Below are positions 9,664-20,009 of a stretch of DNA of 32,000 nucleotides, piece after piece (the stretch's first letter is position 1; each line of letters opens with the position of its first letter). Both the position numbers and the translations under genes were made by a program. This DNA comes from Dickeya solani IPO 2222. Lineage in GTDB: Bacteria > Pseudomonadota > Gammaproteobacteria > Enterobacterales > Enterobacteriaceae. A model generated the notes under the pieces. It did not search any database and was not told where the DNA came from. It was given only the letters and a program-made list of their open reading frames with translations. The stretch spans positions 4,110,001 to 4,142,000 of the forward strand of contig NZ_CP015137.1 of NCBI RefSeq assembly GCF_001644705.1, given 5' to 3'.

Positions 9664-9700
9664 CCGGAAACCCCCTTTGCCGGACACTTTTGTTATTTTC
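9664..9700 (+). terminator. plus-strand intrinsic-terminator-like hairpin with T-rich tail at the end of the GC-rich spacer
   Basis: ccggaaa-ccccc-tttgccgg stem-loop followed by acacttttgttattttctgtttt. The T-tail overlaps the 3' end of clsB on the other strand. The reverse complement has no T-tail, so the orientation favours a plus-strand transcript. Confidence 0.4.
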
Positions 9701-10895
9701 TGTTTTCATCCTTCTGTCCCACCTGAGTCAGTTGCGGGCTGTGCGCCGGTAGCCAGCCGACCATCGACGGGAAACGTCTCAGGAAATGGAACACCACCAT
9801 GCCTTTGAACACCTGCCAGTATGAGCGCTTTGGCAGCTGTGAGGGGTCAACCTGCACGCAGTCTTCGCGAATGAGTTGGTGCAGGTTGTCCCGTAATTGC
9901 TGGTTGAAGTTTCGGTCATTGATGATCAGGTTGGCTTCGAGGTTGAGCGCCAGACTGAGCGGGTCGAGGTTGCTGGAACCGATGGTGGTCCAGTATTCAT
10001 CCTGCAACGCCACCTTGCTGTGCAGCGGCTGGCGGCGATATTCATAAATGTCCACCCCGGCTTTCACCAGCCAGGGATAGAGCAGACGCGCGCCTACCAG
10101 TACGATCGGCATATCCGGCTGTCCCTGAATGATCAGCCGCACCCGCACATCCCGCCGCGCGGCTTTGCGCATCGCCCACAGTAAGCGATAGCCGGGGAAA
10201 AAATAGGCATTGGCGATCACCACCTCGCGTTTGGCCCGTCGCAGCATCTGCAGGTATTGACGTTCGATGTCGCGGCGGTGCAGGCCGTTGTCGCGCCAGA
10301 CAAACAGCGCCTGGGCGTTACCGGGGTGGGTGTTGCGCACGGCGCGGCGAAAGCGTCGCCGCCACCAGATGCGCGGTTCCTCATCGTGGACCAGCGCCGC
10401 CAGCGCAAAACGGTAGATGTCGTCCACCACCGGGCCGCGCACCTTAACGGCGTAATCCTGCTTGGCTTCCGGGCCGTAGTCGCTCAGATGGTCGGCGGAG
10501 TAGTTGATGCCGCCAATCCAGGCGGTGTGGCCATCCACCACCACGATCTTGCGGTGCAGCCGCCGGAACAGGTTGGTGCGCATCAGACCGAACAAGCGCG
10601 GACGCGGATCGTAAAAATGAAAGCGCACCCCGGCTTCCACCATCGGCGCCAGAAAGGTGGATGATAGGTCGTGCGAGCCGTAGCCGTCGGCGGTGGCATC
10701 CACGCTGACGCCGCGCCGCGCCGCCGCGATCAGCGCCTCCCGCAACGCGTAGCCGACCTTGTCTTCAAACCAGATGAACGTTTCCAGCACCACCCGGTTG
10801 CGGGCCTGACGGATGGCGTCAAACACGCTGGGGTAGAACTCGTCGCCATTCACCAGCAGCTCAATCTGGTTACCGTCGCGCCATTCGGTTTTCAC
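9693..10895 (-). CDS. clsB: cardiolipin synthase B (phospholipase D family, two HKD motifs)
   Basis: [22 protein letters not shown] ... HRKIVVVDG ... HSKVALQDE are collinear with E. coli ClsB (YbhO). The GTG start overlaps the ybhP stop (GTGA). Confidence 0.94.
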   Translation of the reverse strand: MKTEWRDGNQIELLVNGDEFYPSVFDAIRQARNRVVLETFIWFEDKVGYALREALIAAARRGVSVDATADGYGSHDLSSTFLAPMVEAGVRFHFYDPRPRLFGLMRTNLFRRLHRKIVVVDGHTAWIGGINYSADHLSDYGPEAKQDYAVKVRGPVVDDIYRFALAALVHDEEPRIWWRRRFRRAVRNTHPGNAQALFVWRDNGLHRRDIERQYLQMLRRAKREVVIANAYFFPGYRLLWAMRKAARRDVRVRLIIQGQPDMPIVLVGARLLYPWLVKAGVDIYEYRRQPLHSKVALQDEYWTTIGSSNLDPLSLALNLEANLIINDRNFNQQLRDNLHQLIREDCVQVDPSQLPKRSYWQVFKGMVVFHFLRRFPSMVGWLPAHSPQLTQVGQKDENRK

Positions 10896-11662
10896 AAGTG
10901 AATCTCCACCGCCAGCGGCGCGTGATCGGACAGGTGCGACCAGGGTTTGGGCGGCAGCAACCTGGGGACGCTGGTCCGGGCGTTGCGCACGTAGATGCGA
11001 TCGAGGCGCAGCAGTGGAAAGCGGGCCGGAAAGGTCCGCGCCGGTTTGCCGAAATGCTGGCTGAACACCTCTTCCAGACCGGCGCTGCGTTTCAGCAGGG
11101 CGCTGGCTTTCATCTGCCAGTCATTGAAATCCCCGGCGACGATCAAGGGCGCTTCAGCGGGTAGCGTCGCCAGCAGGTCGCACAATAATGTCATTTGCTG
11201 CCGCCGGTGCGAAGCGGTGAGCCCCATGTGCACACACACTACGTGGATATGCAAATCCCGGTTGGGGACTTTCAGTACGCAATGCAGGATGCCGCGTTTG
11301 GCTCTTTCGGATACCGATACGTCCAGATTGCGATAGCTGAAAATCGGAAAGCGCGACAGCACCGCGTTGCCGTGTTCGCCCTCCGGGTACACCGCGTTGC
11401 GCCCGTAGGCGTAATCGTTCCACATGGTTTCCGCCAGAAATTCGTAGTGCGAGGTGTCCGGCCAGTGTTCCACCTGCAACGGATGGGTGGAGTGGCGGCC
11501 CAGCACTTCCTGCAGGCAGACGATATCGGCGGAAACCGAACGTACGGCATCGCGCAGTTCCGGCAGGATAAAGCGACGGTTCAGTGCGCTGAACCCTTTA
11601 TGGGTGTTGATGGTCAGCACGGTGAAAGAAAACCCCAATGACGGTTGCGAGACGGTATCCAT
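10892..11662 (-). CDS. ybhP: endonuclease/exonuclease/phosphatase family protein YbhP
   Basis: From [53 protein letters not shown] to [13 protein letters not shown] it matches E. coli YbhP (256 aa). GAGGGA Shine-Dalgarno precedes ATG 11662. The 484-aa track ORF is an artefactual upstream extension. Confidence 0.93.
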   Translation of the reverse strand: MDTVSQPSLGFSFTVLTINTHKGFSALNRRFILPELRDAVRSVSADIVCLQEVLGRHSTHPLQVEHWPDTSHYEFLAETMWNDYAYGRNAVYPEGEHGNAVLSRFPIFSYRNLDVSVSERAKRGILHCVLKVPNRDLHIHVVCVHMGLTASHRRQQMTLLCDLLATLPAEAPLIVAGDFNDWQMKASALLKRSAGLEEVFSQHFGKPARTFPARFPLLRLDRIYVRNARTSVPRLLPPKPWSHLSDHAPLAVEIHL

Positions 11663-11754
11663 TGTTTTCCCTCGTTCCCAAGTAGCTGAATAATCAGTGT
11701 AGCCAGTGTTTGGCAAAGCGTCGCTGACGCCGGGCGCCGCCTGTTCGCGCAAAC

Positions 11755-12861
11755 CTAGCCAATCTTGCGCCGGAACAGAGCGTAGGCGGCGCTGCCAGTG
11801 GTGGCGGTGATCATCAACAGCGGCCACACCCCGCGCCAGACCACGGCCAGGCTGGCGTTTTTCAGATATATCTGTTTGGTAATATTGGTGAAATGGCGCA
11901 CCGGGTTGACCCAGGTGAGCTGTTGCAGCCATAACGGCATATTCTCGACGGGCGACACATAGCCGGACAGCAGAATGGCGGGCATCACAAAGACAAATAC
12001 GCCGATGAACGCCTGCTGCTGGGTGGAACAGAGCGCGGAAATCAGTAGCCCGAATCCTACCAGCGATAACCCGTACACCAGTATGCAGACGTAGAACAGC
12101 AACAGCGAGCCGGAAAACGGGATGCGGTAGGCGAGGATACCGGCCGCCAGCACGATGCTGGCCTGAACGGTGGCGACGATCAGCGCCGGGACCGCCTTGC
12201 CGACAAAGATCTGCCCGGTGGACAGCGGCGAAACCAGCAGTTGTTCCAGCGTGCCCTGTTCGCGTTCGCGCGCCACCGACAGCGCGGTGACGATCAACAC
12301 GCCAATGGTGGTAATCAGCGCCACCAGCGACGGCACTACAAACCATTTGTAGTCCAGATTCGGGTTGTACCAGTGGCGAATCACCAGCTCGCTCTGGTGC
12401 GTCAGCGTCGGGTCGTTCAACTGCTCCTGCTGATAATTCTGCACGATCTGCTGGACGTAGCGGGCGGCGATCTGGGCGCTGTTGGAGTGGCGTCCGTCGA
12501 GCAGAAGCTGGAGGCTGGTCGGCGTGCCGCTCACCAGTTGGCGTGAGAAATCGGGCGGGAAACGCACCAGCAGCAGTGCTCGCTGATTATCAATCGTGGG
12601 CGCAATTTCCTGCGGGCTGTGCAGCGTGATGACCCGCGAAAAGGCACTGGCGCTGGCGAAACGCTGCATCAGTTCCACCGAAGCCGGGCCATTGTCTTCG
12701 CTGTAAATGGCCAGCGTAGCGTCGGTGACGTCCAGCGTGGCGGCGAACGGGAACAGCAGCACCTGCAGCAGCACCGGCAGCACCAGAATCGCGCGCGTCT
12801 GCGGCTCGCGCAGCAATGACTGAAGCTCTTTGCGGATCAGCGTCCACAGGCGATGCAACAT
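11755..12861 (-). CDS. ybhR: ABC-2 type transporter permease YbhR
   Basis: [26 protein letters not shown]... 368 aa, the same length as E. coli YbhR and near-collinear with it. Confidence 0.96.
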   Translation of the reverse strand: MLHRLWTLIRKELQSLLREPQTRAILVLPVLLQVLLFPFAATLDVTDATLAIYSEDNGPASVELMQRFASASAFSRVITLHSPQEIAPTIDNQRALLLVRFPPDFSRQLVSGTPTSLQLLLDGRHSNSAQIAARYVQQIVQNYQQEQLNDPTLTHQSELVIRHWYNPNLDYKWFVVPSLVALITTIGVLIVTALSVAREREQGTLEQLLVSPLSTGQIFVGKAVPALIVATVQASIVLAAGILAYRIPFSGSLLLFYVCILVYGLSLVGFGLLISALCSTQQQAFIGVFVFVMPAILLSGYVSPVENMPLWLQQLTWVNPVRHFTNITKQIYLKNASLAVVWRGVWPLLMITATTGSAAYALFRRKIG

Positions 12862-12924
12862 ATTCTTTTCCTCATCAGCGTGCCGATAGATATCCAGCGC
12901 TACCCGGTTAATGAATTCGCGCCC

Positions 12925-14070
12925 TTAATCCAGCCGACGGCGGGTTTTCCAGGCGGTCAGGCCGATAAAAAATACCGCCGACGTCATCAAAAACAGCAGG
13001 TTCATCAGCAACACGCTGTTGATATTCCCAGCCAGAAACAGGGTTTGCAGCGTGCTGACGAAATAGCGGGCAGGGATCAGGTACGACACCGCCTGCACCG
13101 GCACCGGCATGCTGTGGATTTCGAAAATAAACCCTGACAGCATCACCGCCGGCAGAAAGGCGGCGTTGAGCGCCACCATCGCCGCGTTGAACTGATTACG
13201 GGTCAGGGTGGAAATTAACAACCCCATCCCCAGCGTACTGGCTAGAAACAGGCTGCTCAGGCCGAACAACAGCCACAGCGAGCCGCGATAAGGCACCCCC
13301 AACACAAACACCGCCACCACCACGCACAGGGCCATGGCGATCATCCCCAGCACGTAATAAGGGAGCAATTTGGTGAGCAGCAGTTCGGTGCGGGTGACCT
13401 GCGTTGAAAGCAGCGCTTCCATGGTGCCACGCTCCCACTCGCGGGCGATCACCAGCGAGGTCAGGATTGCGCCGATTACCGTCATGATGATGGTAATGGC
13501 GCCGGGAATAATGAAATGCCGGCTGATGGCGGCGGCGTTGAACCAGTAGCGGGTTTGCACCTCAATCAACGGTTGATAGCGGCCGCCGTGGTCCTGCGCG
13601 TACTGCTGCTGCCAGAGTTGCCATACTCCCTGCGCGTAGCCCTGCACGAATTGCGCGGTATTCGGCTCGCTGCCGTCGGTGATGACCTGAATCGGTGCGC
13701 GATCCTGCGGGCGCGCCAGCCGTTCGGCGAAATCAGCCGGGATGACGACCAGACCGCGAATCTGCCCGACCTGCATCCGTGCGATCAGCGACGGGCGGTT
13801 ATCGCTGAGGGTAACGGCCAGAAAGGGCGAACCGGTAAAGGCGCGCGCCAGACTGTCGGCCTCGGCGCTGTGCTGTTCCATCAGTACGCCGACGTTCAGG
13901 CGGCTGGAGTCGAGGTTGATGCCGTAGCCGAAGATAAACAGCAGCAATAGCGGGATGACGAAGGCGATCAGCGCGCTGCTGGGGTCGCGCAGGATCTGGC
14001 GGGTTTCCTTCAGGCACAACGCGCGTAAGCGCCGCCAGGAAAAATGGTTATCGTCAATGCGCAGTGGCAT
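12925..14070 (-). CDS. ybhS: ABC-2 type transporter permease YbhS
   Basis: [40 protein letters not shown] matches E. coli YbhS. ATG 14070 is preceded by AGGAGG at 6-nt spacing and overlaps the ybhF 3' end by 17 nt. ATG 14088 is the alternative start. Confidence 0.95.
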   Translation of the reverse strand: MPLRIDDNHFSWRRLRALCLKETRQILRDPSSALIAFVIPLLLLFIFGYGINLDSSRLNVGVLMEQHSAEADSLARAFTGSPFLAVTLSDNRPSLIARMQVGQIRGLVVIPADFAERLARPQDRAPIQVITDGSEPNTAQFVQGYAQGVWQLWQQQYAQDHGGRYQPLIEVQTRYWFNAAAISRHFIIPGAITIIMTVIGAILTSLVIAREWERGTMEALLSTQVTRTELLLTKLLPYYVLGMIAMALCVVVAVFVLGVPYRGSLWLLFGLSSLFLASTLGMGLLISTLTRNQFNAAMVALNAAFLPAVMLSGFIFEIHSMPVPVQAVSYLIPARYFVSTLQTLFLAGNINSVLLMNLLFLMTSAVFFIGLTAWKTRRRLD

Positions 14071-15805
14071 GTCCCGCCTCCTGATCATAGGCCTGTACCA
14101 GTGCGATGAACGCCTGTTCCATGGTCGGTTCCGGCGTGTCGTCGCTGGCGGCCTGACGTTTCAGGTCATCCGGCGTGCCGCTGGCGATGAGCCGGCCGCG
14201 GTACACCAGCCCGATGCGGTCGCAGTATTCGGCTTCGTCCATAAAATGGGTGGTGACCATCACCGTCACGCCTTTGTCCACCATGCCGTTGATGTGCTGC
14301 CAGAACTCCCGGCGGGTAAACGGATCGACGCCGGAGGTGGGTTCGTCAAGAAACAGGATATCCGGTTCGTGCATCAACGCGCAGGCCAACGCCAGCCGTT
14401 GGCGGAAACCGAGCGGCAGCGCGTCCGGCGTTTGCTGGAAGATGGGATGAAAGTTGAACGCCTGCGCCATACTGTCCATCTTATCCTGCTGATGCTGACC
14501 GCGCAGGCCGTAAACGCCGGAGAAAAAGCGCAGGTTCTGTTCTACGGTCAGATTGCCGTACAGCGAAAATTTTTGCGCCATGTAGCCGAGGTGCTGCCGC
14601 GCCCGGCCGGAACGGGTTTTGAGGTCCATATCCAGCACCAGCGCCTGGCCTTCGGTCGGCGTCAGCAGGCCGCACATCATGCGAAAGGTGGTGGATTTGC
14701 CGGCGCCGTTCGGCCCCAGCAGGCCGAATATTTCCCCGCGGCGCACCTGAAAATTCACCCGGTCGGTGGCGGCGAAATCGCCGAATTTTTTGGTCAGGTT
14801 CCGCGCCTCGATCACCGTTTCCCCGCGGTGGGTGTCCAACTGCGGCAGAATAGAAGCCAGTAATGAGGTGGCGCTCGGCCCGCCGCCCAATAAGTCGATG
14901 AAGGCATCTTCAAAACGCGGCGCGGTGTCCTGCACGCTGTCCGGCGGCAGGCCGAGGGTGTGCAGCAGCGTGGCGCGATCCGCCTGCGGTTTCAGAATCA
15001 GCCGCACGTAGCGCCCCTGAATCACGCCGTCGCTCACCTGCGGCTGACGTAGCGCCTGTTGCAGCAGGCGACGGTGGTTGCTGCCCGGCTGGTCGAGCAG
15101 CAGACAGCGGCCCGCCATCCGTTGCGTCAGGTCGGCGGGCGCGCCCCGGTAGAGCAATTCGCCTTCGTTGAGCAGCAGCACGTCGCGGCACTGTTCCGCC
15201 TCGTCCAGATAGGAGGTGCTCCACAAAATCAGCATGCCGTCGTCCGCCAGTTCATGCACCATACGCCACAGTTCACGGCGGGAGATCGGGTCGACGCCGA
15301 CGCCGGGTTCATCCAGCAGCAGTACGCCGGGCTGCCCCAGCAGGGTGCAGGCCAGCCCCAGCTTCTGCTTCATGCCGCCGGAGAGTTTACCCGCCAGCCG
15401 GGTAGTAAAGCAGGTGAGGTCGGTAAACTGCAGCAGCCGCTCGAAGGTGGCGCGCCGGGTGTCGCCGGTGATGCCGCGCAGGTCGGCGTACAACGTCAGG
15501 TTTTCCATCACGGTGAGGTCTTCATACAGGCCGAATTTCTGCGGCATGTAACCGAGCCGGGCGTGCAACTGGCGGTCATCGGCGATCGGGTCCAGCCCCA
15601 GCACCCGACTAGTGCCCGCGCTGGGCGTCAGCAATCCGGCCAGCATGCGCATCAGCGTGGTTTTGCCGGCGCCGTCCGGCCCTACCAGCCCGGTGACCGC
15701 GCCGGCGCGAATTTCGGCGCTCAACTGTGCCAGCGCCGGTTTCGTCATGCCGGCGAAGCGTTTTTCCAGCGCCTCAAGGCGGATCAGCGGCGGGTCACTG
15801 GTCAT
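14054..15805 (-). CDS. ybhF: ABC transporter ATP-binding protein YbhF (two fused nucleotide-binding domains)
   Basis: Two Walker A motifs (GPDGAGKTT and GPNGAGKST) and two signature/Walker B sets. Collinear with E. coli YbhF. Confidence 0.96.
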   Translation of the reverse strand: MTSDPPLIRLEALEKRFAGMTKPALAQLSAEIRAGAVTGLVGPDGAGKTTLMRMLAGLLTPSAGTSRVLGLDPIADDRQLHARLGYMPQKFGLYEDLTVMENLTLYADLRGITGDTRRATFERLLQFTDLTCFTTRLAGKLSGGMKQKLGLACTLLGQPGVLLLDEPGVGVDPISRRELWRMVHELADDGMLILWSTSYLDEAEQCRDVLLLNEGELLYRGAPADLTQRMAGRCLLLDQPGSNHRRLLQQALRQPQVSDGVIQGRYVRLILKPQADRATLLHTLGLPPDSVQDTAPRFEDAFIDLLGGGPSATSLLASILPQLDTHRGETVIEARNLTKKFGDFAATDRVNFQVRRGEIFGLLGPNGAGKSTTFRMMCGLLTPTEGQALVLDMDLKTRSGRARQHLGYMAQKFSLYGNLTVEQNLRFFSGVYGLRGQHQQDKMDSMAQAFNFHPIFQQTPDALPLGFRQRLALACALMHEPDILFLDEPTSGVDPFTRREFWQHINGMVDKGVTVMVTTHFMDEAEYCDRIGLVYRGRLIASGTPDDLKRQAASDDTPEPTMEQAFIALVQAYDQEAGHATAH

Positions 15806-16799
15806 GGCGTGATCTGTCCTGTACCAGCGTGAGGGTCACCGGCATGCCCTGGCGCAGACCGTCGTCTGGGTCACTGACGATGATGCGCAGCCGGTAGACC
15901 AGATCGGTGCGCAACTCCGTGGTTTCGACATTTTTTGGCGTAAATTCGGCGCTCGGCGATACAAAGCCGATTCGGCCGTGATAGGGGCGGTTCGGGCGGC
16001 CGTCGGTGTAGATCCAGACTTCGCGGCCGGGCGCGGCACGCCCCAACTGAGTTTCATTGACGTAGGCGCGAATCCACACCGGATGGGTCAACGACAGGGT
16101 AAAGACGGTGCTGCCGGCGCTCAGCATGCTGCCGGCTTCGGCGGCCCGGGTCAGGATCACGCCGGGAGACGGCGCGTACAGGCGCGTATCCTGCAGATTC
16201 AACTGCGCCTGCGCTTCGGTGGCCTGCGCTTGCGCCAGCGCCGCTTCGGCGGCGGCGATTTCCTGCGGGCGGTTGCCGCGTTGATACTGGTTCAGTTTTT
16301 CTCGCGCCGCCTGCAGCGTCGCCTGCGTCTGGTTACGGGTGGAACGGGCGTCTTCCAGCGCGTTGACGGCGAGGGTGTGCTGTTTCCACAGGCCGAGCTG
16401 ACGCTGATAGAAACTGTTGGCGTAATCGTAGGCGGCCTGCGCCTGTTCCAGCTGTGAGCGCACCTGGGCGATTTCCTCGCTGCGGTAGCCTTCCCGCAGT
16501 AACGCCAGTTGCGCCTGCGCGCTGGCGACGCTGGCTTTCGCCTGCCGCAGTTCGTTCTGCAACGGTGCGCTATCCAGCCGGGCCAGCAGTTGACCCGGCT
16601 GGATAGCATCCCCTTCATCTACATTCAGGCCGGCCAGCCGCCCACCCACCCGAAACCCCAGATTGACGCTGCGGATATCTACATTACCGTACAGCGTCAG
16701 CGGTGCATCCTGCTGGCTACGATACTGTATCAGGCCGTAACCGACGGCGGTGACGACGATCAGCGCCAGCACCAGCCATAACCCTGTTTTCTTATTCAT
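15795..16799 (-). CDS. ybhG: HlyD-family membrane fusion/periplasmic adaptor protein YbhG
   Basis: From [16 protein letters not shown].. through [21 protein letters not shown] and [20 protein letters not shown] it matches E. coli YbhG. GGGAG Shine-Dalgarno precedes ATG 16799. The 74 upstream in-frame codons of the track ORF have no homology signal. Overlaps the ybhF start by 11 nt. Confidence 0.93.
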   Translation of the reverse strand: MNKKTGLWLVLALIVVTAVGYGLIQYRSQQDAPLTLYGNVDIRSVNLGFRVGGRLAGLNVDEGDAIQPGQLLARLDSAPLQNELRQAKASVASAQAQLALLREGYRSEEIAQVRSQLEQAQAAYDYANSFYQRQLGLWKQHTLAVNALEDARSTRNQTQATLQAAREKLNQYQRGNRPQEIAAAEAALAQAQATEAQAQLNLQDTRLYAPSPGVILTRAAEAGSMLSAGSTVFTLSLTHPVWIRAYVNETQLGRAAPGREVWIYTDGRPNRPYHGRIGFVSPSAEFTPKNVETTELRTDLVYRLRIIVSDPDDGLRQGMPVTLTLVQDRSRHDQ

Positions 16800-17246
16800 A
16801 GCGCTCCCGATATGACTTTGCGTCCCACTCTTGTTCGTCGATGTCGTTATTGCCGATTCCGTGTTGACGACGACGTACAGTAAGAATAATCCGTGATTCA
16901 ACAGATTGCCGTGTTCTGGCCGGCAGCGCGCTGATTCCGTGCGGGATACGCTGTCGTTACGGGGATGAAAACCGGTTTTTTTAATCAGTAACTGGTTGAT
17001 ATCCATGAAGAGCAGAATCATTTTGCGCAGAATGCGCAGGATAAAATGTGATCGACAGATAAAAATTCCTCAAACAAGCGATTTTCTGTTACAATCGCGC
17101 GCAGTCATGCACCGTAGTTTGTGCCCATTCATCTGGAGTCAGTATTGTGAGGCGTACGCGCCGGCGCGGTGCTGAACCCATCTGTTGTCACCCTGAAAAC
17201 TGCACCGGCGAATGCCGGGTAGGGTGAATCTGGAGTTGTTCTCGTT

Positions 17247-18614
17247 ATGTCTTTTGAATCTCTCGGCCTGAGTGCCGATATTTTGCGCGCTGTTGAAGAA
17301 CAGGGCTACCGTGAGCCGACGCCGGTTCAGCGTCAGGCGATTCCGGTGGTGCTGGAAGGGCGCGACCTGATGGCCAGCGCCCAGACGGGCACCGGCAAAA
17401 CCGCTGGTTTCACCCTGCCGCTGCTGCAAATGCTGAGCCACCGCCCGTCGCAGGCGAAAGGCCGTCGCCCGGTGCGGGCGTTGATCCTGACGCCGACACG
17501 CGAACTGGCGGCGCAGATCGGCGAAAACGTGCTGGCGTACAGCAAATACCTGCGTCTGCGCTCGCTGGTGGTGTTCGGCGGCGTCAGCATTAACCCGCAG
17601 ATGATGAAGCTGCGTAGCGGCGTCGATATTCTGATTGCCACGCCGGGCCGTCTGTTGGATCTGGAGCACCAGAACGCGGTCGACCTGTCGCAGGTGGAAA
17701 TTCTGGTGCTGGATGAAGCCGACCGCATGCTGGACATGGGCTTTATCCACGATATCCGCCGGGTACTGGCGAAGCTGCCGTCCAAACGGCAGAACCTGCT
17801 GTTTTCCGCCACCTTCTCCGATGAGATCAAGGAATTGGCCGGCAAGTTGCTCACCAATCCGGCGTCGGTGGAAGTGGTGCGCCGCAATACCCCGTCCGAA
17901 CTGGTGACCCAGCACGTGCATTTCGTGGACAAGAAACGCAAGCGCGAACTGCTGTCACACCTGATCGGCAAACACGACTGGCGGCAGGTGCTGGTGTTTA
18001 CCCGCACCAAGCACGGCGCTAACCACCTGGCGGAGCAACTGAATAAAGACGGCATCACCGCCGCCGCTATCCACGGCAACAAGAGCCAGGGCGCGCGTAC
18101 TCGTGCGCTGGCAAATTTTAAAGACGGCGACATCCGCGTGCTGGTGGCGACCGATATCGCCGCCCGCGGACTGGATATCGACCAGCTGCCGCATGTGGTG
18201 AACTACGAGCTGCCGAATGTGCCGGAAGATTACGTGCACCGTATCGGCCGCACCGGTCGGGCGGAATCTACGGGTGAAGCGTTGTCGCTGGTGTGTGTGG
18301 ATGAACACAAACTGCTGCGCGACATTGAGCGTCTGCTGAAGCGGGAAATCCCGCGGATGGAGATTGCGGGCTATGAGCCGGACCCGACTATCAAGGCCGA
18401 GCCGATCCAGAATGGCCGGCAGGGTGGGCGTGGCGGTCACGGTGGCGCGCCGCGTCACGGCGATCGTCCACAAGGCGAACGCACATCTGGACGCCCGCAG
18501 GGCGAGCGCCCTCATCAGCCGCGTCGTGAAGGTGCCGCGCGCCCGGCCGGACAACGTCCGGAAGGGCAATCCGCCCGCCGCCGTCCGCCGCGTAAACCGG
18601 CCGGCGGACAGTAA
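17247..18614 (+). CDS. rhlE: ATP-dependent RNA helicase RhlE (DEAD-box)
   Basis: [45 protein letters not shown] (VLDEADRM), SAT and HRIGRTGRA motifs, plus a basic disordered C-terminal tail. Near-identical to E. coli RhlE over the core. Confidence 0.97.
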   Translation: MSFESLGLSADILRAVEEQGYREPTPVQRQAIPVVLEGRDLMASAQTGTGKTAGFTLPLLQMLSHRPSQAKGRRPVRALILTPTRELAAQIGENVLAYSKYLRLRSLVVFGGVSINPQMMKLRSGVDILIATPGRLLDLEHQNAVDLSQVEILVLDEADRMLDMGFIHDIRRVLAKLPSKRQNLLFSATFSDEIKELAGKLLTNPASVEVVRRNTPSELVTQHVHFVDKKRKRELLSHLIGKHDWRQVLVFTRTKHGANHLAEQLNKDGITAAAIHGNKSQGARTRALANFKDGDIRVLVATDIAARGLDIDQLPHVVNYELPNVPEDYVHRIGRTGRAESTGEALSLVCVDEHKLLRDIERLLKREIPRMEIAGYEPDPTIKAEPIQNGRQGGRGGHGGAPRHGDRPQGERTSGRPQGERPHQPRREGAARPAGQRPEGQSARRRPPRKPAGGQ

Positions 18615-18635
18615 TCGCATTTTTTCGCCAGTCAT

Positions 18636-18675
18636 CCCACTCCACGTTATCCCGGTAACGGGAACGCGGAGTGGG
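18636..18675. terminator. compound stem-loop between convergent rhlE and the EamA gene (putative bidirectional terminator)
   Basis: The outer 8-bp stem is cccactcc / ggagtggg. The inner 5-bp stem is tcccg / cggga with a GTAA tetraloop. It lies 21 nt after the rhlE stop and 6 nt after the EamA stop. No canonical U-tract directly adjoins it. Confidence 0.5.
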
Positions 18676-18681
18676 GTAGCG

Positions 18682-19581
18682 TCATACTGAGTTTTTCGCC
18701 ACCGGCTGTTGCGGCCGGGGGCGATAAAACATCACCGCATTGCCCGCCAGAATCAGCAGCAACCCCAGCACGGCGTTGCTCCGCCAAACATACCCTTCGT
18801 ACAGGGTGGAGATAGAAAGCGCGACTAACGGAAACAGCAAGGTAGCATAAGCCGCCTGGCTGGCGCCGATGCGCCCGACCAGCGCGAAGTAAGCGCCAAA
18901 ACCGACAACCGAGCCGAACAGCGACAGATAGAGCAGCGAACCGAAATACCGCGGCGAGAATTCCGGCGTGAAGCGATAGCCCAGCAGCAGTGCGATCAAT
19001 CCCATCGCCAGCGCGCTGTATAACATGCCCCAGCCGTTGGTGGTCATGATGTCGCGCCCCATGCGTTGATGCTGGGCGCTGATCATGTTGCCGAGTGAAA
19101 AGCCGTAGGTGCCGAGCAGGCTCAGGCCGACGCCCCACAATAACGGTGGGCTGCTGCTAAGCCGCAGCAGGTCGTGCCAGAACAGCAGGATGATGCCAGC
19201 CAGCCCCAGCGGCGCGGCCAGCATCACATTACGGTTGAGGCGGGTGCCGAAAAATAGCCGGCTGTTGAAGGCGTTGAACAGCACCGCCATCGAAAAGATC
19301 ACCGATTCCAGCCCGCTGGGGATCCAGGCGGCGGCATGATAAAAGCAAAAGAAATTAAGGCCAAAGACCGTCACTCCCTGCACCATACACAGCAAATGCG
19401 CCCGGCCGCTCATTGGGCGCAAACGGCGCGTCAGGATCAAAAACGTCATTAACAGCGCTGAAGCGATGGCGAAACGCCAGAAAATCGACACTTCTGGCGG
19501 CACGCTACCGTGCTGTAGGCTGATGGCAATCCAGGTCGTGCCCCAGATCAGCACCACGGTGCAATAAAGCAGGCTATTCAT
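18682..19581 (-). CDS. EamA/DMT-superfamily transporter (10-TM drug/metabolite exporter type)
   Basis: Starts MNSLLYCTVVLIWGTTWIAISL. It shows two EamA-like hydrophobic halves across ~299 aa. GGGGAG Shine-Dalgarno precedes ATG 19581. The track ORF extends 53 codons further upstream without support. Confidence 0.85.
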   Translation of the reverse strand: MNSLLYCTVVLIWGTTWIAISLQHGSVPPEVSIFWRFAIASALLMTFLILTRRLRPMSGRAHLLCMVQGVTVFGLNFFCFYHAAAWIPSGLESVIFSMAVLFNAFNSRLFFGTRLNRNVMLAAPLGLAGIILLFWHDLLRLSSSPPLLWGVGLSLLGTYGFSLGNMISAQHQRMGRDIMTTNGWGMLYSALAMGLIALLLGYRFTPEFSPRYFGSLLYLSLFGSVVGFGAYFALVGRIGASQAAYATLLFPLVALSISTLYEGYVWRSNAVLGLLLILAGNAVMFYRPRPQQPVAKNSV

Positions 19582-19771
19582 CGTCAGACTCCCCAAACAA
19601 CAGATACATTCAGTATCCGGCATGGGTGGAATCATGGCTGTCAGCAGATTGCGGCGAGTAGCAGAATCCTGCGGTTTTTTTATTTCAAACTGATTCCGGC
19701 ACCGGCATGGGTCATGTCTCCATGCAACCCCCCGCAGCACGTTTTCCCACCGTTTATGAGCGTAACGATAT

Positions 19772-19783
19772 GGCTATCGTTCC
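19772..19783 (+). repeat. left copy of the 12-bp perfect direct repeat GGCTATCGTTCC flanking the acc-like module
   Basis: Exact 12-mer also present at 26867-26878 in the same orientation. With the following 8 nt, 16 of 20 positions match (..gtggCTGG versus ..tgacCTGG). Confidence 0.55.
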
Positions 19784-20009
19784 GTGGCTGGCTGAGCGCC
19801 AGCATCTGGCGCGAGCCAGCGCCGCCATTGGTAAGTGAGCGATTTCGTTCATTAAGATGGTGCTGGGTGTACCGCGCAGTCTCCTTATCTGGCAACGCTT
19901 TGATGGCGGTAATGGACGCAATTTCTTCATACAAGTGTCATCTGAAAAGGATAGGGTTCGCTCAGATTGTTGATCGATAACGGTCACGATAATGACAAGG
20001 AACACCCTT

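Noticed and set aside
9202-9752. ORFs 9202-9627 (-) and 9426-9752 (+) inside the GC-rich spacer after ybhL.
   Set aside because: Their products are Arg/Ala/Pro/Ser-rich with no RBS, and they overlap real genes at their ends. The region is treated as structured non-coding DNA instead.
10892-12346. A 484-aa ORF-track model that extends ybhP upstream into ybhR.
   Set aside because: Only the last 256 aa match YbhP. The N-terminal 228 aa are an alternative frame of the ybhR gene with Arg/Gly/Ala-rich junk composition. ATG 11662 has a proper Shine-Dalgarno.
13955-15832. Plus-strand ORFs of 302 aa (13955-14863) and 257 aa (15059-15832) opposite ybhF.
   Set aside because: They are antisense to a strongly supported double-NBD ABC ATPase gene and have low-complexity Gln/Arg/Ala-rich products.
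16800-17021. A 74-codon in-frame N-terminal extension of ybhG in the ORF track ([10 protein letters not shown]...).
   Set aside because: It has no homology to YbhG or to the TetR regulator CecR. The internal MNKK start aligns with the E. coli YbhG N-terminus and has its own Shine-Dalgarno.
18408-18614. Low-complexity basic tail of RhlE with a repeated RPQGER motif.
   Set aside because: Arg/Gly/Gln-rich disordered C-terminal extensions are a normal feature of RhlE-type helicases. This is not a separate feature.
17139-18635. Minus-strand ORFs of 260, 266 and 226 aa opposite rhlE.
   Set aside because: They are antisense to a canonical DEAD-box helicase gene and show no motifs, so they are GC-driven open frames.
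19680-20005. Overlapping 83-88 aa ORFs on both strands in the EamA-DeoR spacer (19714-19980 +, 19754-20005 -, 19680-19934 -).
   Set aside because: None has an RBS or domain signature. Only a third, stop-interrupted frame shows a faint HTH-like pattern, which is reported separately as a low-confidence remnant.
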